Assembly: GCF_036588685.1 (NCBI RefSeq)
Contig: NC_086382.1
Location: forward strand, 72,974,001 to 73,038,000
DNA length: 64,000 nt
Reading direction: 5' to 3'
Source: Mytilus trossulus
Taxonomy: Eukaryota
Below, piece by piece: positions 25,306-38,944 of this stretch. Positions within the stretch are counted from its first letter, which is position 1. The number at the start of each line of letters is the position of its first letter. The translations under genes and the position numbers were made by a program. The notes below the pieces were generated by a model, which was not told the origin of the DNA, ran no database searches, and was given only the letters and a program-made list of their open reading frames with translations.

Positions 25306-28300
25306 ATGGCAGAAAAAAACAAGAGAGGTGCAAACTGGACCACTGACGAGGAGCTAGCCCTTATAGACCACGCAAATCAAAGGGAGGATGCCCTCTTTGG
25401 GAAAATGAAAGGTTGTGGGGATGTGAAAATTGCTACGATTCGGCAAAATGGCTGGAAGGAAATCTGTGATATTTTGAATGCGTAGGTTCTCATTTTCCCA
25501 ATTTATTAAACGTTCTCAGAATGAGTATGTCAGTTGTATCAGATTCTTCGTCATTATATAATTTGAAGAATCCGGATCCATTTGGCGATTAGCACTGTTT
25601 CACGTTTGCCCTGATATCTTTATTGATTTTGTCAACAAAATAGTTGTTCCCAGTCCCAGCAATGCCAATATAACTGCATGATACTAGTCTGGAAACTAAA
25701 TGTAATTTCAGTGGCGTAGCTTGCCTTCTGTTTATAACGAGGCAGGTGGTTAGGGGGGCACCCCCTGAAGCTATTTAGGTTTTTACAATTTGAACAAGAA
25801 AGAATTGTTAAAAATAGTTGCTGTTCAATGTTATTTCATCATAATAGTGTTAATAACATGCCTTACTATCTATACTCAAAGCTATGAAAATAACAAAGTT
25901 ACTGAGAATTGTGGAAAATCACGCGCTTACCACAGCGCTGCCGCTATCCAAAAATCCTGGGGAGAACACTGGAATCTGTTTCTCAAATGTAGACAATATG
26001 CATCTTTTCCAATGATCTCCAAAAAGATGTTTTCTTTTTATGTAAAGACATTGGGCATGGTTGTCGTTGTTTAAGATGTCACAATAAGAAATTCAGAGGA
26101 AAGCAAGAAAATTTGATTTTTATTAATATTGGTGATTTCCTCAATGTCAGAAGCAAAATCTGAGTCCTGAGCTGTCAGAGGGTAAATTGTTTGATGGAAC
26201 ATTCTTCAGGTTGAACAACTACAGTACATGCATATATATATATAAAACAGTTTGCTACTTAGTAGTCAGACTCACTGTCAAAGAGGGAAAAAAAATCAGT
26301 CATGAACAATTCTGAGATACAAATCCAAATAAAATAAAATAAAATTAATGTCAAGTTGACACCTGACACATAGAGCTACAAACATTTAGATAATTTAACA
26401 CGTACATTTAAGTTGCTACAGATGGCTATATATGCCAGACATACACATAATCGATTTGTTTTGCTCTGTTGGATATAAAAAAAAAAAAAAACCCTACCTA
26501 CCTACCCACCTCTAAAAATGTGGGTAGGGGTTTGGGGAAACATACATTCTTTTAATTGTGGCCTCATCATCTATTCTACTCAGGCCATAGTTATTATATT
26601 TTTAGTTGTACGAAATTTTTTGACAAAACCAATGGGTAGGAGGACGAAAAAAAAAAAAAAAAACTGCTGCTGCTGCTGATTTTTTTTAATACCAACCGTC
26701 AATATCAAATTATTTTTTTTTATTTCACCAGGAGATTTTCTACTAGTGTAACAACTATTTTTTTTTCTTGACAAGGTTTGAATTGAAAATCAATGTGCAA
26801 AAACTTACTAAATCACCAAGAGCATAAATTTAGATTCTTTCATGCAGTTATGTACTAAAATTTTTTTTTTTGCATGAAAAACACTGGGTCGGAGGAGAAA
26901 AAAAAAATCAACATTTTTAATTTTATTTTTTTTCCTATTTGGCAAAAATTAGGGTAGGAGGGTTCGTAAAACTAAAAATAAAAAAACTACGGCCTCACTG
27001 TTTTCGCTTGCAATGGGGTAGGATAAAATAAATTTGTTGTTGATTTCCTTCACTCGTTGCCTCAAGGTAAGCTACGCCCATGGCTTTAAATAAACAACCA
27101 GAGGCTGTCTAGGATCATAAGGATGAACACAAATTCATTAATTAGATATATACATCAAAGGTTAACAGTTACCTGTACTATCTTTTCTATCCAATAATAT
27201 TAAAAACATGGATCACACTGAATATCAGACACTGCAAATTAATTAATAGTGAAAACTACATTTTGAGTGTTTTTTTTTTAAATAGATGGAAAGAGCATTA
27301 GTCATTCTTTACAGTTGAAATCTGGGGTACACATGTATATTATATTAAGCAAGTAAATCATGAACATGATGAATTAAACAGTTTATGATGTCACAAAACA
27401 TGACAAAATTATGTCAATATTAAGCTACATTTAATACACAAAAGACTTTCACACAATAAAATTCAGTGTTACATGTACATCCAAAATAAAATTGTATAGA
27501 AATAAATTTTCCTATTATTCATTAACATTTGGCTTTTTAATTCTAATGCAGAAGATTTACAGTTCGTAAAAGAACAGCTGAAGAAGTAAAGAAAAAGTAC
27601 TACAACCTAAAACAGAGAAGTAAGTTCAATAGTTTCATGTTGTGTTTATACTAATGCAATTTATTATACCTCAGTATGTTTTTTTTATATAAAAAATAAT
27701 GAAATAGTTGTGCTATTTCATTCCACAGAAACATTTGCCAGTCAATAGTTTGAAAGACTATTGCCCTGGTTAATAGTTTCATAATCATCTTTCCCATACT
27801 TTTTTATGCTTATTTTTCATTGGACAATAATGATGTCATTGACTACTCTGCTTGGTTATGTATGCTTTGCAACGTCAAACTCTAATATTGAATCTTTTTT
27901 TATATGAATTCAAAAACCCAAATAGAGTCAGGTGAGCAATACCGGCTCTTGAGAGCCTCTAGTTCTTTTCTTTCAGATGTTATATATACACTTAGAAAAA
28001 TAATTATTTTGTATATAAAATCACTTAGTGGCTGTGTTGTTCAGTATAATAAAACAGCTAATGACTGGTTGTGCAGGTAATAGCAAGTTTGTGGTCCCTT
28101 CGCATACCAACTATTGTTCTCGGCTTTGCCTCGAGCAATAGTTGGTATCTCCATGATCTCAGGCACAAAAAACTTGCTATTACCCTCACCCCCAGTCAAC
28201 AGGTGTATAATATCTCATTCATCATAAGGCAACATTAATTTAACAATTTGTTGCTTCATTAAATGGGAACTAGAAAAACAACAGAAAATTAAGAAAATAA

Positions 28301-31300
28301 TTCTCATTCCATACTATATTCAAAATGTACATTTTAACTGCAACATTTTTATGCCCCATGTACACATGTTCCTCATGATATGTTTGTTTTTAAAAGTTTT
28401 AATGCCAAATAAGAGATATGACCCCAATTTCACAGTCCACTGAACATAGAAAATGATAGTGCAAGTGGGGCATCAGTGTAATGGGGAAACATTAATGCTT
28501 CCTTTAGATGTGAAATCGTTGATACATTTCTATAATGTATGTTTAATATTATCACGATTTCTCACAATGTGATTGGCTGATATTGTCCTAATAATTTTCG
28601 GTACAAATTGTATCCCCTTTAATCCCTTTTACCATTGACATAATAACAGAAATTGAGTTGTTTTATAGTCCAATATATTTAACTTGCTTAATTTGAAAAA
28701 CATATATGCTTTTTAGGTAGAGAAAAATATGACCTACAAAAGAGACCAAAAACAGGAGGAGGTCCTGCTGCCAAAACCACTCAGGCAGAGGAACTCCTCA
28801 TCAGTCATATGATTGAAGAGAAGCGTACACAGCTGACTGGTTTTCCAGACGGTGTAGACACTGACAGTTAGTATTACATGTATATATATTGTTGTCTCAT
28901 TGGCACTCACACCACATCTTCCTACATCAAGATATTAATCACTCTATTCTCTCTGACAATATATTGTGACATGCATGTGAAACGTGGAATTACCACCAGA
29001 ATTACATGTAGATTTTATTTATTAAAGTCTGTAAATAATAAAGTATAGAAGAAGTCTAAAACTGAATACAATTATATGCAGCTTTTGATAAATTTGGTGT
29101 TGCATCAATAATGCATTAAAGTTATCATAGGATGGTTTTTACAATATAGTTAATAATGTTTTTCTATTGTTGTTACTGCATAATAAACACATGTAACCTG
29201 ATCTGTAATTAACCTATATTAAACAAGTCATCTGTCTTTTTTTTTCTTCTACATTTTGATTTGAATTAATTTAAAGGTTTTTTGTTTTATTTGTGGGACT
29301 GTTGGTCAGTTAGTTACATGTGGTATTTTGTCCGAAATGAGAACTGATAGTATATGCCTTATTTCAGCAATTGCATCACAACCTGAATGTTCTGGATCTT
29401 GGATTTCAAGACAGAAGGAGGCTCTTGATGCCTACAAAGAACTATCAGGTATTTTTATTTTTTACAATCTCTTGTTTCTTTATACATTTATTACAGTTTG
29501 CTGTTTTCATGCTTCTTGTGTAAGAAATAAACACATATGAAAGAAAGAGGCTTGAAAATTGATCATGCTCAGGGGTAAGATTTTCATCATCTCCAATCTA
29601 ACTGATATTATCTGAGGAACAGATATTGTTACTTATAGATGTCTGTCTTTCCTGCTTATAAATCAGAAAATTACTTAAGAAAAAAGCTAAACTTTCATTA
29701 AATGGTCACTGCCTGAAGTCCCATAATGACAATTAAGTTTAGATATACAATAAATAAGCACCAACCTGACATGTATGTCTTGCACTACAACTTCCTATAT
29801 AGGTCAGAAATGAATATGCATAGAAATATGACATGCATAAAGTCATTTCAACCATTGTCTCATTTTTCAGAAAGAAATTTGGTGACAACAGCCAAGAAAA
29901 TGGCAGTAAAAATAGAAAAATTTTTAGACACTCATACAGTTGTAACACCAGTCCCAAGAGCCAATGATATTCACATTATGGATACCTTAAAGGGAATTTC
30001 TCAGAGTGAGGTGGAGCAAGATGAATCACAAAGTGATTTATTGGTGAATTACCTATGTCACACATACAGTTGCCTGAGAAATTTAAAAACACCTGATTTA
30101 CCTTCGTTGATCAATGATTTGGTGATATTTATAAAAGAAAACACATATAAAGGTTTGTTGCTCCAACCAATTTACATGAAATGAATAATTTGGCAACAGA
30201 AAAAGAAACTAATTTCCGGTTATTTAAAATATATATTAGTATACAATCAATGTGATGGTGTGAAAGGTCAAGGAGGTCAACTTCTATTGGGTCCAGTTGT
30301 TGACCATTTGATATATTTTCCATTTCCTTTCTCAATTTTCTCAATATTGTAATTTGTCTCCCTCACCACTGCTCATGTCAGACTAAGTTTTAGTGTAAAA
30401 AAACCCATAGTTAATGTTTTTAAAAATAACAACAAAAATATTGTCAAGGCAGTGTCAATTTTATTACATTTCTGAAGTTATAGTAAATTATTAAAAAACT
30501 TATACAACATAATGCAATTACATTTCAGAATCAACACAAAATGAGGAGCTTGATGGACAGATTGAAGCTGACAAAGAGCCTACATGTATTGAAGTAAACT
30601 TAGTGGAAGAACAAGGTAAAGTTGTTAATACATGTATATAATTCAAAGTCTTGAGTATGACAAAATCTATTAAAAATATGGTCTTCAACATTTATAACAT
30701 ATATGTTACATAAAGTATTTCATTTTTGTCTTTCCTGTAATGGATCCCATTGGAAAAATTGACAAGTGATAAAAAGTTTGATTGAGCAATTACACACAGG
30801 TGACCTTTACAAATGGAAAAAAAATACTTCAAAATTCAGGCCCCAGATATGGCATGGACATAACATGAAATTAACCCAGCTTATTGTATATTTGATTATT
30901 TTAGAACAACAGTTTTTTTTAGTTTGCAATTGAAACTATCAAGTTATATATGACAAACATATGAAAAAAGTGATTTTTGATAATTGCTGAAAAGAAAATG
31001 GTTAAGTTGATAACATCAAAACTGTTATTAAATACATATTTGAAATAAAACATATATATATAACCTTTTTGAGATAATAAACGTCTACAGTAGCAAACTT
31101 CCCAGAGATCATGTCCAGCTCATTGAATAAAGCCTGGGCATTTCCTATATATTTGTGAAATAGTATACCTCTTTACAATGTATCGATGGGGTTGATGTTT
31201 GAAAATTGAAGTCTTCGTCCATGTAAAATGTAATAAAAATCTATGAATGTTTACATGAAAATTGATTTTTATAGAACAAAATGGTATAAAAAATAAAAAG

Positions 31301-32544
31301 TAAAAACACAAAAATACCGAACTCCGAGGAAAATTCAAAAAGGAAAATCAAAAATCAAAAGGCAAAATCAAAAGTCCAAACACATCAAATGAATGGGTAA
31401 CAACTGTCATATTCCTGACTTGGTACAGGCATTTTCTAATGTGAAAGGACAAGTGTACCAAGTTCTAATCCAAAGGGTAAAGGTAAAGGTAAGTTTCCTA
31501 ACATAGGGCTAATTTGTCTTTCAAAAGTTATGGATTCTGATATGAGTTTATTCTATGGCTTTGGAAACCCAACCATGTTCTAATAATAAATTCGATTAAA
31601 ACATGTGAATCACATGATTGCCGTCACAATTGAAATTGCAACATCATTATCACTTTGAACCAGACAAGAGATCAACATAGACATATTTGTTCATGTTGCT
31701 ACCTAGGAAATTAAATAAAATCATTTTAAAAGTAGGATAAATGTTTCTTTAAAAAAGAAGATGTGGTATAATTGGCAATGACACAACTCTCCTCAATAGA
31801 CCAAAAGACATTAACAACTAAAGACTTTTGTTTAGCCTTCAACAATGAGCAGTCTATACAGCATTGCCTTCTATCAATGTCCCTGAAATGACAGATGTAT
31901 AACAATTAAAAAAAAAGAAAACTTATGGCTTAATTCTGGTACAAAAAACAAATCATATTTATTTATGTAGAATTATAATTAAAAATTCATTCTAAACACT
32001 GTTAACAAATAAAACAGATATATGAAAATGAACATGTTTCTAAGATATTAAAATGAATAATTATGTCAACAAGCAAAGGGGAACTAAATCTTTGAAAATT
32101 TAACCACCTTGTTGCACAATTGTAATTTGCATATAGGACATAACTTAATAAATACAAATTAATTTTCTTGATGTCTTTAAATGGATTCAGCTATTTTATT
32201 ATAAGAAGGTTTGATATTAACTTATTTTATGACACAGCTCACAAAGCAGATTCATCATGAAATTCAAAAAGAATGTACATTTGTATAACTTTATAACAAC
32301 TTTACATGTTTTATAATTCATGTCCATAGGAAACATCAAAAGGGGACGAAGGAGTTTGGCAGAGTTGGAAGAGGAAAACTTAATGTTGGACAATGAAAGG
32401 TTGCGTGAAGAAACCAAGAAAATAAAGATGGAACAAGAAAATTTGAAATTGGCAAAAGAAGTTTTTATCCTGAAAAAACAAAGTTTAATCTGTAAACTTC
32501 AGTCTGAGTTTCCTGATTGTGTACAAATTTTAAATGAACCATAA
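25306..32544 (+). CDS. Harbinger Myb/SANT-like DNA-binding partner protein. Exons 25306-25481, 27552-27619, 28717-28866, 29368-29448, ~29871-30152, 30529-30615, 32330-32544 (middle exons less certain).
   Basis: The spliced N-terminus MAEKNKRGANWTTDEELALID...ALFGK...RQNGWKEICDILNA-RFTVRKRTAEEVKKKYYNLKQR-SREKYDLQKRPKTGGGP is a trihelix/SANT domain followed by the TGGG motif typical of this family. The C-terminus is coiled-coil-like (LAELEEENLMLDNERLREETKKIKMEQENLK). Splice phases are consistent. Confidence 0.8.
25709..27082. mobile_element. Possible old non-autonomous hAT-like element in Myb intron 1
   Basis: Imperfect inverted ends CAGTGGCGTAGCTTGCC / GGTAAGCTACGCCCATG; no recognisable TSD. 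Confidence 0.4.
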
Positions 32545-33705
32545 TCACAACATGTTTATCAGTCAGGGGCGTTACTTAAACAAGTTGGGTTTTTTTAACT
32601 ACTTATATATATAAGTATTTTTTTATTTTAAAAATAACAAAATTACTTAAAAGAGTTATTTTAATTTTCAATAGAAACAGACCAAATGTAGTTTTCATAA
32701 TTTGAAACAACATTTTATATCATAAAATATTTTTTTTATCAGATTTGAGAGGAGTATAGAGATAAAGGGTTACTTTGAAAATAATGACAAAAATATTACT
32801 TGAATAAGTTATTTTAAACATTTTTGGAAAAAAAAGCAATTACACTTATCTAAGGCACATATGTAATTGATTTAGGTTACAAATTATAAATAAGTTCAGG
32901 TCTTAATTAATTCACAAGTATCTATCTATTTATATCAGTCTACCTTCAAAATTTTAGAGAAAATGATAATTTAATAGTCCCAAGAGACCAATCTTTGACC
33001 CAGAAGCGTGGGTATGAAAGATAAGTGCGTCAGAAATTTAATAAGTGTTTCTGAAGAATTAGTTTCTATATATCAAGGGAAAAATAACCAAATAACTGTG
33101 AAAATTATTTAAAGCTAGTAAAATATGTATTCTTGGACACCTATAAAAATAATATTCAGAAAAATAACTTAAATAAGTTATATTTAAATTAGCCTCGTTT
33201 TCAACATTACTTGTATAGGTAATTTTTATTGTTACTTGTTTAAGTAATGCCCCTGACTGTTTATTACTGTAAATCTGAAAATTTTGGTATTCAATTTTAA
33301 ATAACTTAACTTTTAAAGTATTTCTGTTCTTCATTCAAACACATGTATTATACTTGGTAAAATATTGTCTTACATTGTACCCATTTTGTCACCTTGACAT
33401 ATATTCATATCATATAAATGTAAGCAACTGTATATTTCTGACAGCATATTTAATTCAAGTTTCAGATCATTGGTGACTAAAGATATGTTGCATATCGCTT
33501 ATGAAATCTTTGTGTAAGAGATCCCTTATTTATTTAACATATTCTAAATAATAAATTCAAATACCAAAAATGTATTTTACCTGTCGGACATGAATTGGGA
33601 AAGTTCTATGTTATAATATTCCAGTGTAATCAAAATTTATAATTTAATAATGAAGAAAATGTGAATTCGGAAATCTAGTAAGATATTTACAAATGCAAGG
33701 TTTAC

Positions 33706-36700
33706 TTAAAAAAATTGTCTTGCTATGTCATTCCTTTTTGCAGTGCCATCAAAGGTTGGGTTCATATTAATACAACCTGTACAATCTGCAACAGCAATTT
33801 CCTCAATATTATTATTTATAATTATGTCATTATGGTCAATGCCAATATCGTGTAAAATAACACATGATGTAACATATTTAATAGACTGTTCTGGTGTTGT
33901 TCTTAAACCATCATGTAAACAATTGAACCTCCTTTTTAGTATCCCAAATGTTTGTTCAATTAGAACCCGTGTCCTGCAAAGAGCTCTGTTAAAATTTCCC
34001 TGGCAGTTATCAGCTGGACTAAGGTAGGGGGTCATCAAGTATTTGGTACATGGATACCCAGAGTCACCTAGTAACAGTCCTTGGTGAATTCCTGTTTAAA
34101 TAATTTTTTAATGTAATATTCACATTGTATTTCAAATAATCAAATAAATCAACATTCAGTTTAAAACAGTTAAAGCTTGTATCATAAACAGTTATAGAAA
34201 CTACACCTTCCAATTTATTTGTATTAAAAAATCAAATAAAATACTTTCCGCGAAGGGAAGAAACTTCACAATTATCTCCCCACTATTGATGCATTTGAGT
34301 ATATGCACAATAAATCATTTGCATTCTTTCGCCAAAACTATAAAAGAAATTGTAATAAGCATATCAACACCAAATGACCAGATATGTATATATGTTTACT
34401 AGCTTGTGTGGGCTATTTAAATGACTCATTATTATATTGTAAGATATATGGTTAATATACATGCAAGTTCATCATAAGCCTGAAATATGTGTAAATGCTG
34501 GAGCATCCTATATGTTAGTATGTAAAATTGAAGTTTTGAAGATTAAGAAGTTTTTCTTCAGTTCTACTAATAAGAAAACAAAATTAAATTAAGTTACCAT
34601 TTTCAAATTGTTGACATAGTCCACTTGTTCTGAATATTCTGCTGTCGTGCACTGATCCTGGCCATTTTGCACATAAAGAAGTGACTCTAAAATTAGGATC
34701 ACAAACCATCTTCAAAAAAAAAGAACAGTATGTTTAAAACTAAGGCAACATATTTTTTAATGTCACACAGTATGTATCATGTAATCTGATTGGAATGACA
34801 TTCAAATTTTTCGGAATTGAAATTAACATTGTTTACCTTTAAAAATGTAGTATTTAATTTCACACAGGAGATCCGCTTATTTAAATATAAAAATAAATGC
34901 ATAGTTATAACTGTTGCCTTAAAATACAGTTGACGTTTTTGCATTTAGACTAATTCCAAATTTGACAACCGACAATTCAATTTTTTGGGTACAATGCCAA
35001 ATTGTAATTGAATGAAAGTATGATTATATCAGCACAAAAAGTTATTATACTGTTTGAAGGATTATTTTCTGTATTATAATTGTTTATCTTACTTGAACAT
35101 TTAAAGCGTGGACTCCTTTTCTGTTAACAAAGTCGGCTTCATTTTCATGTGGGCTGATAATTTTCACAAACGTTCCATCTACACATCCTAGTACATTTGG
35201 AAATCCTTCAAATATAAGAAAGAATCATTAAAAGTTGCTCACTATAATAATAATATTTTATCACAGGATTTAAAGCCTATTTATAGGACGTCACTGGTGT
35301 ATAAACTCAATCAATCAACTCACAAACAAATTAAGTCCAAAGGACTTTATATGTTTGTGAGTGAGTTGATCCAGTTTATACACCAATAAATTCCTTTAAA
35401 AAGACGTTTAATCCTTATAATTGTTTAAGATTTGAAATAGGAAAAATATGTTTCTTAACACTTTAATAACCTCTATTCCACATATGTTGTATATTTACGC
35501 AAAAATATGTATTCGTCGATTCTGCAATCTTGTAAAAATTAAACTACAATTTTTTTTATCATTCAAACGAATCTCTTTGTTTTAGTTATTTTATTTAACA
35601 AATAACATGCAGTGAATTGAATTTTATTAACTTCTGTGTTATTTTCACCGCCATCCTGTTAACATTTGTTATGAAAAGAAGTTCGGCCAATGTTGTCCAT
35701 TTAAAAATAACCAAAGTCAATCTCAACTACAAGAAGTCCTCTCCACCAATCTTTTAAGAATTATTTGTTGGTAAGCAATACAACTTAAATAATATATATT
35801 GCAAATTGATTTGGATATTATGCAAATATAGCCTTTGTATGAGATTAATACTTAGAGATTATCGTTGATTATCTCAACGAGATTGCTTTTCTCGCATGAG
35901 CTGGTACAGCGAAAGTGAGAAAAGCAATCAAGTTGAGACGACCAATGACGATCTGTTTATTGCTATTTTACCTATGACGATGTTGTCAATTTCAATCTCA
36001 ATTTCGTTAGCAAAGCCACATGGCCTCCTTAGTTTCTAGCGATAATTTTTCCATCTCAAGCGAGAAGCACGATATGAAAATTATCACAAAACAAAATTAA
36101 AGGAAAAATGCACAAAATAGCGATAAATAGAAAATAATACATGGTAACATATCTGTATCATATGTCATATCATCCCGAGACACCAATATCACCCCAAGGG
36201 CCTGTAAGCCCCAGGTATGATATTTGTCAAGGGTGATATGGCATGTGATACAGATTTTGCCAGGTTTTATATGCTTTATCATATATATCAATAGGAGAGT
36301 TATATTATATGAACTGTTCACTGGGTTCCCTTATTTCCTCTTTTGTCTTGTTTTAAAGGGGCACTAGCTGTCAAATTCATGGTCACCGAAAAATGTAGGG
36401 GTGTAATAAAGGGTGCGCATCAAAGTTGCACGATATAGATTAAACAGCAGGCTATTTATCAAATTTTCTAAACTAGTGTATTTACTACTCAACATATGAT
36501 AAAAGGATAAATTGACCTTAAAGAAGTATATTGATTGATGACGAAGTTTGAGGTCAATATACTTTTTCAGGTCGATATCCCATACAAAGGCTATATTTGT
36601 GATCTTAATAATTTCAGACCATATTTATATCAAAATCGTCAATGTTGGAATTTTATAGATATCATATTGTCTCCTTGTGCTTTTTGATGTGCAAAGTGTT

Positions 36701-38944
36701 TTTTGCTATCCACCGTTTTCTCTCTACCATCGAAAATATAGTTTAACATTTGACTTTCCATAAACGAATCAAATTTGTTGAAATGTACAAATTAATAATA
36801 TATGTATCTATACCCTATTAAAGAATACACATTTGACTCTGTCGGAGCTTAAAATACAATATTGTTATCTCCATTCTTATGAAACTGACAGAAAACAACG
36901 TTAAAATATGTAAATTAAAATCTGTCGTATGTGCTTGCGCATACGTCCAATAGTATCAATTGTCAAATGATGCCATGTAAAAAAGTGACGTTATCCAATC
37001 ACAATGAACGTTACAAACGTTGTTGCATAGAATGCGTTTTTTGGTGTCTGGAATTTAGTCATAATTTAGCCCTATTTCATTTTTGTCTTGCCTACACAAA
37101 GAGTAAAATAATGAGACAAAAAAAGAAATAGTTTTTCCCGGGGCATCGTCTTAAAAAAGTATCTGCTTATATAAATGTTAAAGAAAAATGTGGTATAAGT
37201 GCAAATGAGACAACTCTCTGTCCAACATCCACATGTGGAAAAGTAAAGCATTATAGGTCAAAAGCATGGGCTTCAACAATGAGTTTTGGCTCAAATCGAA
37301 CAACAAGTTACAAAGGGCCCCAAAAATGATTAGTTTTAGACCATTCAAAAAGGAAAATCAACGTCTAATCTTTATAAAAACGGGAAACAATTATGAACCA
37401 CATTAACAAACAATGATCATTGAACATTAGCTTCCTGACTACAATGTATATAAAAAGATTAAGAGAACAAATGACACAGAAATTAACAACTGCTATGTAC
37501 TTCAATAAGCAGAGTCAATACTGCATAGTCGGCTATAAATGGCATTTCATTGTGAAAGTTATAATGTAGTACGAGTAGTTAAATAGAAGCCACATACGGT
37601 AAGTTAATAATATGTTATAATATAAGGACATATAAGTCACGTGTACATCTCATTTCTATGGAGATTTTTGTAATTTAAACCCCTCAATTATTAGATAGAT
37701 TTTTCACATAGCTTATTAAAGTTAAGATTATGTTAGTGAAAATTCTTATTCACCTGGTGGAATATTTAATTATCGGTATTTAAATGGATATTTGGAAAAT
37801 ACAGGTAGTTTCAATAGCCCTCTATCTAACGAAAAAATAACTATCTGTAAAGTGGGATGAACTCCGAGAAAACTTTTGAGAATTGTTTCCTGTCGACCCC
37901 TTTATTTTCTTTTTTTAGAGGGCGGAAAATTCTATAAAGGGATTTGGATTTTACTTCATAAAACATTCCACAAAAAGGGACGGTGCTATTCGAGGTACGA
38001 AGCAACCATGTTGATCCGGATGATGCAAGTCCGAAGTCGTTTTTATTAAGATTTTGCAGACGCTCCTTTAGAGTTCCTAACAGATTGTCAAATTATCCAA
38101 ATATCTGTGCATTATAGTATCTTTTTAACTACATAATGCAATTTTATTTGGTAATCTTACGGTCACTATTTTCATCATTTTCGTTGTTAGCCTACTGTCA
38201 AGAAAATCTGTATAATTAGGTACGTACAACAAATGTTTACAATTTACATGTTCAAACTATTAAAAGCCGGGAAGGCAAAGAAGGTCCGAAAAACTGGCAT
38301 AATGTCTTTTAATGAAAAAGAACCAACAATTAAGTTGGTATGAACATATTAAAATTGCCCTCAAAGAGAGCCCCAAAACTAGTCATAGTGGTTATGAGCG
38401 TAAACCGGTTTAGACGTGTTTATGAAACACTAAAAAAGTCCGATTACTCTGAAACTTGCTATGGGAATGATGAATAAGATGCAAGCGGAAACTGAATAGA
38501 TAGCAGCTTCTTACCAGCAATTCTTCTAAACCCTTCCATAACTTGGATAGCCTTCTCACCAACGGGAAAAGAAATGACATGCTGAAATACTGTTATAATT
38601 GCCTGACAAACGTCTCTGCAGGCCCTCCCAGTTGCTGATTCAGATACATTTAAACTATCCCCCACTAAACTCAAGTGAGTGCCTGTTGCCACAAATCTTA
38701 GAAACAACAATAACTGAGTAACGGGAGATAGGGCAAAATTCCTCCTAGTTTGACGCTCGAGAAAATGGTGAATTCCATTTAATATATAAGTGATGGTCGG
38801 TCGACGAAACCTATATCTGTCAAATAACTCATTGTCATCCATAAACTCAAGTGGATTGAGCCTGTCTCTGAAAACCCTCGGCCTAGGCAGGTTTCTCTGT
38901 CTGCGATTGCGAACTCTCATGCGGCGTACATGGACAGCGGCCAT
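33706..38944 (-). CDS. Harbinger (HARBI1-like) DDE transposase, right copy. Exons 38944-38515, 35205-35093, 34709-34598, 34091-33706.
   Basis: Reverse-complement of the left copy; ORF-track peptides are identical. Confidence 0.93.
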
